38,890 nt of DNA from Promethearchaeota archaeon. GTDB lineage: Archaea; Asgardarchaeota; Lokiarchaeia; Sigyniarchaeales; SOKP01. The notes under the pieces are model-generated. The model was not told where the DNA came from, made no database searches, and saw nothing but the letters and a program-made list of their open reading frames with translations. Made by a program: the position numbers and the translations under genes. The stretch lies in NCBI GenBank assembly GCA_016839705.1, contig JAEOTR010000045.1, positions 1-38,890 of the forward strand, in the 5' to 3' direction. This document shows positions 1 through 8,836 of this stretch, piece after piece (position 1 is the first letter of the stretch; the number at the start of each line of letters is the position of its first letter).

Positions 1-848
1 TCTTTGAGGAAGATTAGATCTTCATTTTTTAAGTCCTTTCCATTACCCGAATCTTTGTTAACGTTAAGATAGATTCCTGTCTCCTTTAGAGCTTTTTTAC
101 ATTGTGAAGCCGGAATCTTGTCTACTGTATCAAAAATAACGTCATAAAGCTCACCACGTTGAGTAAAATCCTCTTTAGTGTAATCAATTACCTTGTTAGC
201 TCCCAGAGATTTCACCATTTCTAAATTAGTCGTACTGCATACTCCGGTAACTTCTGCCCCAAAGTGCTTAGCAAGCTGTACCGAAAAAGTACCTACACTT
301 CCAGAAGCACCATAAATGAGAACCTTCTGTCCACTCTGGATGTTTGCCTTTCTAATTACAACTAATGCTGTTATTCCCCCACCCGCAACAGGAGCGGCTT
401 CCTCAAAGGTCATATTAGCTGGTTTTAGTGCCACCATCCCATCTTTTGGGAACCTTCCTTTGCCAGTCTCTTCAGGTAGACATATATACTCAGCATAACC
501 ACCATAACGAAAACCGGGAGAAGCGAAAATCGGGTCACCTTTCCTGAATAGTTTTACATCTTTACCTACGGCCTCAACTTCTCCGGCTAACTCAAGACCT
601 AGTATGTTTACTTTTTTAGGTCCCCTAAGACCAAAATTCAATCTCGCAAAGAACCGTATCAAGGGATTGAATCTTTTAAAACCATCTCGAAATGTCACAT
701 CCCCTTTTGTTACTGTTGTCGCATGAATTTTCACGAGTAATTCATTGTCCTTGGGAGTAGGTTTTTCTACCTCTTTCATCTTCAAGACTTCAGGGGGACC
801 GTATCTCTCATACACAATTGCCTTCATCATTTTACTTTTATTTTCCAT
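1..848 (-). CDS. NAD(P)-dependent alcohol dehydrogenase / quinone oxidoreductase (MDR family), 3' end runs off the window
   Basis: Missing from the ORF track. Manual translation from ATG at 848: [50 protein letters not shown]..., later [18 protein letters not shown] and the nucleotide-binding [30 protein letters not shown]. Confidence 0.9.
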   Translation of the reverse strand, partial: MENKSKMMKAIVYERYGPPEVLKMKEVEKPTPKDNELLVKIHATTVTKGDVTFRDGFKRFNPLIRFFARLNFGLRGPKKVNILGLELAGEVEAVGKDVKLFRKGDPIFASPGFRYGGYAEYICLPEETGKGRFPKDGMVALKPANMTFEEAAPVAGGGITALVVIRKANIQSGQKVLIYGASGSVGTFSVQLAKHFGAEVTGVCSTTNLEMVKSLGANKVIDYTKEDFTQRGELYDVIFDTVDKIPASQCKKALKETGIYLNVNKDSGNGKDLKNEDLIFLK

Positions 849-1014
849 TTTTTCATCATTTTAGTTTTATATTGTGAGTTATTAATCATTAAGAATTGAA
901 AAATATTAGCTGTGGGATGATGACTGAATACCACAATAGCCATCCTCCCAAGACTACTTCAAAAAGAAAATTTTTTTTTTTTATTTTTTGTGTGATAATT
1001 GTCACCTTTGGGGT

Positions 1015-1770
1015 TTACCTATCATATAATTTTAACCCAATAACATATATTATAAAGCTTATAATTACAATTACTAAAAGGTCAAGCCAAATAAATATAT
1101 CTGTTAAAGTACCTCCAAAGAAGATTCGATATATGCCTTCAGTAACATATTGACTTGGCATAACAACTCCGATTACTCTCATTGCGTCTCCCATGTATAT
1201 GAACGACCCAAAGAGCTGTTGTGGCACGATAAAGATGAAAGCTAAACTACCTGCAGCTCTAGCATCTTTAGCAATAGTAGCAGTAATCAATCCAAGCCCT
1301 ACTGAACAAAAACTCAGAAAGATCATAAAAATAAACACCATTATTACCCCCTCAACCGTAAGTATTGGATTAAAACCCATAAGTAGCGCGGTTATTAAAA
1401 TTATAACTGTTTGAAAGAGTGGTATAATGGTATATGATAACATTTGACCTATTATTACTTCTCCAGAGGTTATTGGAGTTGTTTTCATTCTTCTTTGCAC
1501 TCCATTATCGCGGTCTCCAGTAACAGATGAAGCGAAAGTAAATATTATCATAATACCTGAATAAGCAAATAATCCTGGTACCATATGTTCAAAAATGCTT
1601 CTTGGAGTTCCATATGCATCAGGTCCCCATCCATAAGTACTACTTAGCGCTAGTCCTAGTATTACAACAAGCATCGCTACAAAAAATAGGGAAAAAAATA
1701 GATACATCGGTGTTCTTATCAGTTTCTTTATTTCCATCCTAAAAACTGTTAGAATTCTTTGTCTTTTCAT
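1015..1770 (-). CDS. ABC-2 type exporter permease
   Basis: About 6 hydrophobic segments, 'MVPGLFAY' and 'RRMKTTPITSGEVIIGQ' typical of ABC-2 permeases; 2 bp downstream of the ATPase gene. Confidence 0.9.
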   Translation of the reverse strand: MKRQRILTVFRMEIKKLIRTPMYLFFSLFFVAMLVVILGLALSSTYGWGPDAYGTPRSIFEHMVPGLFAYSGIMIIFTFASSVTGDRDNGVQRRMKTTPITSGEVIIGQMLSYTIIPLFQTVIILITALLMGFNPILTVEGVIMVFIFMIFLSFCSVGLGLITATIAKDARAAGSLAFIFIVPQQLFGSFIYMGDAMRVIGVVMPSQYVTEGIYRIFFGGTLTDIFIWLDLLVIVIISFIIYVIGLKLYDR

Positions 1771-1772
1771 TT

Positions 1773-2591
1773 TTAAATCCCCTCCAAAATTCTTCTTCCG
1801 GTAATTTTCAAAAAAACTTCCTCTAAATTTTTAGATTCATGTTCTTCCATCAATTTTTTAGGGGATCCCAGTGCTACTAACTTCCCATAATCAACAATGG
1901 CAACTCTATCGCAGAGGGCTTCTGCTTCTTCGATATAATGGGTTGTTAATATGATAGTTCTATTTTGGTTTTTTATAGAATTGATAAACTCCCATGTTGT
2001 TCGTCGAACTCGAGGGTCCATTCCCACCGTTGGCTCATCTAAGAAGAGGATGCTGGGTTCGTTTATCAACGAAATTATCAAATTTAGTTGTCTTTTCATT
2101 CCTCCACTATATGCTTTTGCTTTCCGCGTATTGGCTTCAAATAAACCTAATAACTTTAATAGTTTTTCTGCTCGCTCATTTATTTTTTCTTTTGACATAA
2201 GGTGCATGTTCCCGAAATACTCAATATTCTCTCTACCTGTAAGAAATGGAAATACTGCCGCTTCTTGTGGGCATACACTAATTAATTCTTTAACCTCATT
2301 AAGATTCTTCCTTACATCATAACTTCCAACTATAGCAGTCCCTTCTGTAGGTTTTAATAAACCACATAACATATTTATTGTGGTTGTCTTACCAGCTCCA
2401 TTAGGTCCTAAAAGTCCAAAAAGCTCCCCTTTTTTTACATTAAAAGATATTCCATCAACAGCTTTAACGTCTTTAAAACGATTTTTCCCTGTAAAATATT
2501 TCTTTAAATCCTTAACTTCAATTGAGTCTGAATTATCAATACTCTCATTAGAGTTGATTTTTTTTTTACTAATTTCTTCCAATAAATTCAC
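1773..2591 (-). CDS. ABC transporter ATP-binding protein (DrrA/NodI-like)
   Basis: Walker A GPNGAGKTT, signature YSGGMKR, Walker B LFLDEPT, H-loop TTHY. Confidence 0.95.
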   Translation of the reverse strand: MNLLEEISKKKINSNESIDNSDSIEVKDLKKYFTGKNRFKDVKAVDGISFNVKKGELFGLLGPNGAGKTTTINMLCGLLKPTEGTAIVGSYDVRKNLNEVKELISVCPQEAAVFPFLTGRENIEYFGNMHLMSKEKINERAEKLLKLLGLFEANTRKAKAYSGGMKRQLNLIISLINEPSILFLDEPTVGMDPRVRRTTWEFINSIKNQNRTIILTTHYIEEAEALCDRVAIVDYGKLVALGSPKKLMEEHESKNLEEVFLKITGRRILEGI

Positions 2592-2885
2592 CTTTTTTTT
2601 TTAAATCCATAATTAATATTTAACTTTATGATTATAATATAGAGGGGTTGTCTAATAAGAGCATGTTCTCTACTACAGAAAAAAATACACAATGGGGGTC
2701 TATAGTCATTAAATAGAAAAAAAGGTAATTTCTTGTTGAAATCACATAATCTTAAGATGAAAAAATAATCTAAAAAATCAAAATAATTCACTTCTTTACA
2801 CTGAATTGGATAGGGATCAATACAAAAAATTCCAAATTTTTTTCTATTTGGTTGAGAAATGGGAAAGCAATCTGATCTATTTTTT

Positions 2886-3767
2886 TTATATTGTTCTAAG
2901 TAATTGATCAATCCAACATTCATACCACTTTGCAGATAAAAAAATACGTGGAATTATATCCTTGAATCCTTCATTTTGCAGTTCTTCCTGAATTCTTTGG
3001 GATTCTTGAGCATTTAATGCCCATGTGTGCAATGTAATAAAGTTGGGAATATTACTATAGCTTAAGCAATAGACAAGATTTTTAGAATACTTCTCGTTAA
3101 TACGTTGAATTATAGAGTTCATATCGGTTCCTTCGTTTAAATATACATGAAATACTGTTATATAAATAATTTTATGTATTATTAGTTCTATGGTAAATGT
3201 AGCTAGTTTATTTTCAATCATTCGATCTAACCGTTTTCTTACGGTTTTAGCAGAGATCCCTACATCATCTGCTATATCTGTAATAGGTTTCCTTGCATCT
3301 CTATTTAGAGTCTTCAATATTTTATAATCAATACTTGTTAGTGGTTCTGGAAAAGTCATGTAAGGCAAATTTACAATTCCTATTGTTGGTTCACTAATAT
3401 GAGCCGTTTTTGTGACATAACTTCCAAATTCTTGAAGTTCCGATATATCCCTTAAAATGCCGGAAACTTGGAGATATTTACCCCCTGATATTCCGACATA
3501 GTGAATATTCTCATGTTGTCCTAGTTCTTTACTAACTTCATCCATTGATTTTGCATTAGATGTACCAAAAATTAAAACCATTAAGCTTTTTAATGCGATA
3601 TAGCTTGGTCGTGCAATAAAAGCAGTGATAAACCCATCATCTATAAGTGTTCTTATACGTTTATGAACGGCGCTCACAGATATATCAGACATATCAGCTA
3701 ATTCTCTATATGTCACACGCGAGTTTTCTAATAGCTTTTTTAGAAGTAAATAGTCCGTCTCATCCAT
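2886..3767 (-). CDS. Lrp/AsnC-family transcription regulator with two tandem HTH+RAM units
   Basis: Two AsnC-type HTHs: MDETDYLLLKKLLENSRVTYRELA...AVHKRIRTL and LTSIDYKILKTLNRDARKPITDIADDVGISAKTVRKRL. Confidence 0.85.
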   Translation of the reverse strand: MDETDYLLLKKLLENSRVTYRELADMSDISVSAVHKRIRTLIDDGFITAFIARPSYIALKSLMVLIFGTSNAKSMDEVSKELGQHENIHYVGISGGKYLQVSGILRDISELQEFGSYVTKTAHISEPTIGIVNLPYMTFPEPLTSIDYKILKTLNRDARKPITDIADDVGISAKTVRKRLDRMIENKLATFTIELIIHKIIYITVFHVYLNEGTDMNSIIQRINEKYSKNLVYCLSYSNIPNFITLHTWALNAQESQRIQEELQNEGFKDIIPRIFLSAKWYECWIDQLLRTI

Positions 3768-4073
3768 ATTTCTAACAAGAAATTAAATAATTTTTATTTA
3801 TTATAATTTTCTCATCAAATTTTTAAAAATTTGTTACCAAATTTTCCCATTGTTACAAAAATGAATTGGATTATGATTATAATGGATTGAATTGATTCTC
3901 TGAAATAGAACTGGATAAAGGATTAACTCAATTGTAAATTTGGGTAAAAATTATTTTAAGATTATAAAAAAAAAGATAAGAGTTGATAACAATTGCAAAA
4001 CAGATTTTTACTAATTATTATTTATTTCTTATGATATTTTATTCCTTTGTATTGCTTTTTTCGATTCATAAAA

Positions 4074-4346
4074 CTAGAAGCGGAAATCTCCTCTTCTTCC
4101 TCTATTATAAGGACTAGGAGGTGCTTTTTCGGTTACGACAACGTTGCTTGCTTGAGGTCCTTTTTGTCCCTCGGTTATTTCAAATTCAACTTTGTCATTT
4201 TCATTTAAGGTTTTATATTCGTCATCTCTCCCACTTAATGCAGAGTAATGTACAAATACATCAGTTCCTTCTTCAGAATTTATAAATCCATAGCCTTTTC
4301 GGCTATTAAACCATTTTACTGTTCCTTTTACCAATTTTATAACCAA
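4074..4346 (-). CDS. cspA: Cold-shock domain protein
   Basis: [15 protein letters not shown] (RNP1), DVFVHYSAL (RNP2), [10 protein letters not shown]. Confidence 0.93.
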   Translation of the reverse strand: MVIKLVKGTVKWFNSRKGYGFINSEEGTDVFVHYSALSGRDDEYKTLNENDKVEFEITEGQKGPQASNVVVTEKAPPSPYNRGRRGDFRF

Positions 4347-4540
4347 TTTATTAATTTTTGATACAAATACTTTAATTCTAAAGTACTAATTTTAAAAAGA
4401 TACAAGAAATAATAAACTTTGACCTTTTTGAGATATTTTTAAAAAAGTTTTCATTATTTTTCATTTAATGGAAGCGAAAAGAAGAAAGTTGATCACAAAT
4501 TACATATAGATATAGATATTAAATTCTTCCTTATCTCTGC

Positions 4541-5491
4541 ATGACTAAATTAGAATTTTACAACATAGTCGAAACTGATGATTTACAAGTATCAATACCG
4601 CGTACTAGTCATTTCACTGTAGGAACCTCCCCTTATTATGCACACCAGCATGCCCTGGGGATTGATATCTATCACTCACTATTTTTAGATAACTATGAAG
4701 TGCTTAGTCCCATCTCAGGGGAAATTTTAAAAGTGAAGACTTTAATCGCCCCAAAACCAAAGTTTGTGGGTGGTATTGATAAGGATTACCTTATTTTGGT
4801 AAAAAACCCTCAAAATCCGGAAATTACGTATAAAATCCTGCATGTTAAATCTGATGATATTCAGGTTGGTGATCAAATTAAAATAGGAGATCCACTAGGT
4901 ACGACGATTCGCAATGGGTATTTTGCTAAATGGTCAAGTCCTCATTTGCATCTTGAAGTTAGACCCTCTCACGACGCAATTCGGGCAAGTGGGGGTAGAC
5001 CATTTTCTTTAGCATTTAAAAAGAGGAAAAATAAGAGTTATAAAAAGTATGGAAAATTTCAAGAGATTTCCATCAAAATTCAATCAATTTTCCCCGAATT
5101 CTTACTTGGGAATTTTTCTGAAGACCTATATAAGAAAATTGATCCCATTTGTGGTGTTAAGGTTAGTATTAATCAAATGGAATATGTACTAGATGGGGGC
5201 ATGCCCCACTATAAAACGGGTACCATTATTTCCTCTCATAAGCTCATAAAAGAAATAGATCATTCCATATATTTAGGAAATTACAAAATTGGGAAATTAA
5301 ACAAGTCACGCGGTCATTTTGGTTTTTTTAAATTTGATTCTTCACTAAAATTTCTTCTAAATGATCAGAAAATTAGAGGAATATCTCTATATCTGGCAAA
5401 TTTTACACCTTTAATAAAAATAATTCCATTTAGCGATGGTCAAACTAATTTAGATACTAATTCAACAGCACGATTAACTATTATTACTTAA
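4541..5491 (+). CDS. M23-like (LytM fold) metallopeptidase-related protein
   Basis: HxxxD-like 'HALGID', 'VLSPISGEI', 'VGDQIKIGDPLG' and HxH motif 'PHLHLEVR'; no signal peptide visible. Confidence 0.65.
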   Translation: MTKLEFYNIVETDDLQVSIPRTSHFTVGTSPYYAHQHALGIDIYHSLFLDNYEVLSPISGEILKVKTLIAPKPKFVGGIDKDYLILVKNPQNPEITYKILHVKSDDIQVGDQIKIGDPLGTTIRNGYFAKWSSPHLHLEVRPSHDAIRASGGRPFSLAFKKRKNKSYKKYGKFQEISIKIQSIFPEFLLGNFSEDLYKKIDPICGVKVSINQMEYVLDGGMPHYKTGTIISSHKLIKEIDHSIYLGNYKIGKLNKSRGHFGFFKFDSSLKFLLNDQKIRGISLYLANFTPLIKIIPFSDGQTNLDTNSTARLTIIT

Positions 5492-5499
5492 AATCTCAT

Positions 5500-5577
5500 T
5501 TAGTTAGTTGACTCTAGAACTGAAAGATCTGATTCTCTTTCTGCTTCAATTGCTTTACTATTAATATTTTTATTCAT
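5500..5577 (-). CDS. Putative 25-aa small protein MNKNINSKAIEAERESDLSVLESTN
   Basis: Open frame ATG(5577)..TAA(5500) preceded on the minus strand by purine-rich AGGTGAAAGGGGATAAGAAG; below the ORF-track size cutoff. Confidence 0.35.
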   Translation of the reverse strand: MNKNINSKAIEAERESDLSVLESTN

Positions 5578-5750
5578 GATCTTCTTATCCCCTTTCACCT
5601 AAGTTTATGAAATTTTGCAAGTTAATTAAGATTTGATTTTTAGAAGATAGAAATAATATTTAACAATTTACATTACAAAAAATATTAATGGGGTTATGAT
5701 TAATATCTCAGAAATCTTTTAATATCAGAAAGTATATATTTTCAATAACA

Positions 5751-5834
5751 ATGATTTCAAATAAAACTGCTGTAGTTATCAATCTAAAAGCGAAATTACT
5801 TTTAGTGAAGCTTAAAACAGTTTTATTATTATAA
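5751..5834 (+). CDS. Putative Leu-rich leader peptide of leuS (MISNKTAVVINLKAKLLLVKLKTVLLL)
   Basis: 27-codon ORF with 8 Leu codons, including LLL at codons 16-18 and 25-27; ends 135 nt before leuS; about 30 nt downstream of a BRE/TATA-like gaaatcttttaatat. Confidence 0.55.
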   Translation: MISNKTAVVINLKAKLLLVKLKTVLLL

Positions 5835-5919
5835 GCGATACAAACCGTTTTGCCCTTATTCTTTTAAAAACTTCGGCAGGCTTGTTCGCTTTACCGGCAT
5901 TATTAATCGAAGAAGGGCA
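5787..5919 (+). promoter_or_regulatory. Structured leuS leader RNA (candidate attenuator)
   Basis: Nested pairings tgccctt(5851-57)/aagggca(5913-19) and cttcg(5871-75)/cgaag(5908-12); alternative pairing of aaagcgaa(5787-94) or aagcga(5833-38) with ttcgcttt(5885-92). Confidence 0.45.
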
Positions 5920-5969
5920 TAATAGGCTCAGATTCAAAATTACAAACAAAAAAAAATGTGGAAATTTAG

Positions 5970-8822
5970 ATGATTCAAAATACTTACAACTACAAGAAAA
6001 GTGAAAAAAAATGGCAGAAGAAATGGGTCGAAGCACAACTTTTTGAGGCGGATAGAGATGAAAGGGAGAAATATTTCATCAATTTCCCTTTCCCTTATCT
6101 GAATGGACCCCCGCATTTAGGTCATGGTTATAGTTTATTAAAAGCCGATGTAATGGCTAGATTTCAAAGAATGATGGGGAAAAATGTATTGTTTCCATTC
6201 GCTTTTCATGCAACGGGTGAACCTATCGTAGGTGTTGCAAAAAGAATCAAAGCAGGTGATGAATCTCAAATAAGGATTTTAAAGATATCAGGGGTTCCTG
6301 AGAAAGAAATTCCTAAATTTAAAGATGCCGAATACATTGTTAACTATTTCAAAAATAAATGGATTGAGACAACGACAACATTAGGATTAGCTATCGACTG
6401 GCGAAGGCAATTTGTCACTACACAGTTGACTCCTACTTTTTCGAAATTTGTAGAATGGCAATATAGGAAATTGAAAAAAGATGGTTATGTAATTCAAGGG
6501 TCACATCCTGTAATTTGGTGTCCAGCAGATCAAAGTCCAACTGGAGACCACGATCGATTGGAAGGCGAAGGCGCTCGTATAGTGGATTATGTTGTTATTA
6601 AATTTTATTCTGAGGCACTTAATGCTTTTTTCTTGCCTGCCACATTGAGACCTGAAACAACATATGGGGTCACTAATATGTTTGTGCACCCTGAAGCATC
6701 ATATGTAAAAGTAGTTATTAATGGTGAAAATGTAATCATTTCTAAAGATGTTGTCATTAAGTTTCAAGATCAGAAATTTAAAGTTGGAGATATCGAGGAA
6801 GTAGCCACTAACGAGTTAATCGGGACCTATCTTACTAATCCAGTTAATAATGAGCAGATAATAGTTTTACCTGGTGATTTCATAGATACAGCCGGTTCAA
6901 CGGGAGTCGTTATGTCTGTACCCGCACATGCACCTATGGATTGGATTACTTTGAAAAATTTACAAGAGAATCCTGATAGTTTGAATAATTGGGGTATAAA
7001 CCTGGATGAAGTAATGTCAATTAAGCCAATTGCTTTGATCAAAGTGGAAGGATATGGTGAATTTCCCGCAGGTGAGGAAATTGAAAACCGTAATATCACT
7101 TCTCGTGATGATCCAGAAGTAAACGAAGCAACTAGAATAATTTACAGAAAAGAGCATAATTCTGGAATACTATTAGCGATAACTGGAAAATACAAAGATA
7201 TGACGGTTGAGTTTGTAAAAGACAAGATTATTGATGATTTTATTCATGATAATATTGCGTTTATCTTAAAAGAACCTGGAGAACCTGTTGTTTGTAGATG
7301 CGGTACTAGAAATCATGTGAAATATCTTGAAAACCAATGGTTCTTAAAATTTTCGGATACAGTTTGGAAAGACAAAACTCACAAACTTTTGGATAAAATG
7401 GATGTTTTCCCTATTGAAGCTCGAAAAGCGTTTCATAACACAGTTGATTGGTTAGAAAATAAAGCGTGTGCACGTAGATCAGGTTTGGGAACCCCTATGC
7501 CTTGGGATACTGATTGGATAATAGAAACATTGTCAGATTCGGTCATCTATATGGCATATTATATAATATCTAAATATGTCAATGATGGACGATTTACACT
7601 AGAATATTCAACGGATGAGGTTTTTGAATTTATATTATTAGGTAATGGTGATCCAAAAACTATTAGTGATGATGTTGGTATTGATCTTTCATTGTTAGAA
7701 GAAATTCGAGAAGAATTAGTATATTTCTATCCTTTTGATTTAAGAACATCAGGTAAGGATCTCCTAAATAATCATTTGACTTTTATGTTAATGCATCACA
7801 CAGCAATATTTCAAGAAGAATTTTGGCCTTTGGGTGTTGCTGTTAATGGCTATGTTGCAATTGAAAATATAAAAATGGGTAAAAGGTATGGAAACTTCAA
7901 AACAGTTGAAGATGTTGTCAATGTTTTTGGTGTAGATGCCGCAAGATTGGGATTCTTAATCGCTGGAGAGGGATTGAAAGATGCTTCTTTCTCATTAGCT
8001 GAAGCTGAAAGTTATGTCAAATGGATCCAAAATTTGTATGAAATGGCTTTAGAAAATATAGATGATGCGGAAGAAAAACAAATTGATCAATGGTTAGTTT
8101 CACGTATTCAAAATCATATTAGAACAACTATAAATTCTCTATCTAAAATGGAAACAAGATCTGCTTTTCAATCGGCATTTCACGCAACACTGCAAGATAT
8201 TCGTTGGTATTTGAAAAGACGAGGATCAAAAGGACCCGCTTATTCCTATGCGCTGGAAAATATTATATTGCTAGTGTGCCCTTTTATTCCCCACGTTGTT
8301 GAAGAAATCTGGGCTGTTAAAGGAAACCTTGGTTTTGCTTCAACCGCCCCATATCCTATTATCGATCAAACCAAAATTATCAAGGATTCAGAATATGCTG
8401 AGAAATTTCTTGATTCGTTTATTGATGATATAAAAAACTTGAAGAGTATCTTGTTAGAAAAGGAAAACAAAAAATTGGAAAAGATTGAAGTATTTATAGC
8501 CCCAAAATGGATGTACTTAATTTACTCTGAAGCATGTGAAAATGGGTTAAATGAGTTAATAAAGCGAATTATGCAGAATCCTGATATTAGAAAAGTTGGA
8601 CAGAGCGCCGTTAAATATGCCCAGAATTTGGTGAAAGATAGAGCTCCTCCTGATTTTCCATGGACTCAATCCTCTGCGATCAAAATATTGAATGAAGCAA
8701 AAGAATACATTGAGAAGCAAGTAAATACATCGATTGTAATCATCGAAGCTGAAAATTCCTCCCATATAAAAGCAAAAGCAGCAATACCTAGGAGACCAGG
8801 TATCAACTTTATTATGCAATAA
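5970..8822 (+). CDS. leuS: Leucine--tRNA ligase, archaeal/eukaryote-type
   Basis: FPFPYLNGPPHLGH (HIGH motif), HATG, IDWRRQF, ATLRPET, GSTGVVMSVPAHAP (editing domain), SGKDL..NHLTF, C-terminal AIPRRPGI. Confidence 0.95.
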   Translation: MIQNTYNYKKSEKKWQKKWVEAQLFEADRDEREKYFINFPFPYLNGPPHLGHGYSLLKADVMARFQRMMGKNVLFPFAFHATGEPIVGVAKRIKAGDESQIRILKISGVPEKEIPKFKDAEYIVNYFKNKWIETTTTLGLAIDWRRQFVTTQLTPTFSKFVEWQYRKLKKDGYVIQGSHPVIWCPADQSPTGDHDRLEGEGARIVDYVVIKFYSEALNAFFLPATLRPETTYGVTNMFVHPEASYVKVVINGENVIISKDVVIKFQDQKFKVGDIEEVATNELIGTYLTNPVNNEQIIVLPGDFIDTAGSTGVVMSVPAHAPMDWITLKNLQENPDSLNNWGINLDEVMSIKPIALIKVEGYGEFPAGEEIENRNITSRDDPEVNEATRIIYRKEHNSGILLAITGKYKDMTVEFVKDKIIDDFIHDNIAFILKEPGEPVVCRCGTRNHVKYLENQWFLKFSDTVWKDKTHKLLDKMDVFPIEARKAFHNTVDWLENKACARRSGLGTPMPWDTDWIIETLSDSVIYMAYYIISKYVNDGRFTLEYSTDEVFEFILLGNGDPKTISDDVGIDLSLLEEIREELVYFYPFDLRTSGKDLLNNHLTFMLMHHTAIFQEEFWPLGVAVNGYVAIENIKMGKRYGNFKTVEDVVNVFGVDAARLGFLIAGEGLKDASFSLAEAESYVKWIQNLYEMALENIDDAEEKQIDQWLVSRIQNHIRTTINSLSKMETRSAFQSAFHATLQDIRWYLKRRGSKGPAYSYALENIILLVCPFIPHVVEEIWAVKGNLGFASTAPYPIIDQTKIIKDSEYAEKFLDSFIDDIKNLKSILLEKENKKLEKIEVFIAPKWMYLIYSEACENGLNELIKRIMQNPDIRKVGQSAVKYAQNLVKDRAPPDFPWTQSSAIKILNEAKEYIEKQVNTSIVIIEAENSSHIKAKAAIPRRPGINFIMQ

Positions 8823-8836
8823 AATTTTAGTAAAAC

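Noticed and set aside
316-1153. Plus-strand ORFs 316..498 and 896..1153
   Set aside because: Antisense shadows of the oxidoreductase and permease genes
2588-2923. 111-aa ORF between the Lrp regulator and the ABC ATPase
   Set aside because: Overlaps both neighbours and reads like translated AT-rich intergenic DNA (Phe/Ile/Lys runs)
5835-5969. T-box riboswitch upstream of leuS
   Set aside because: No UGGNACC T-box sequence or recognisable stem I; a leader-peptide model fits better
5812-6036. 74-aa minus-strand ORF over the leuS leader and start
   Set aside because: Antisense to leuS, no recognisable motif
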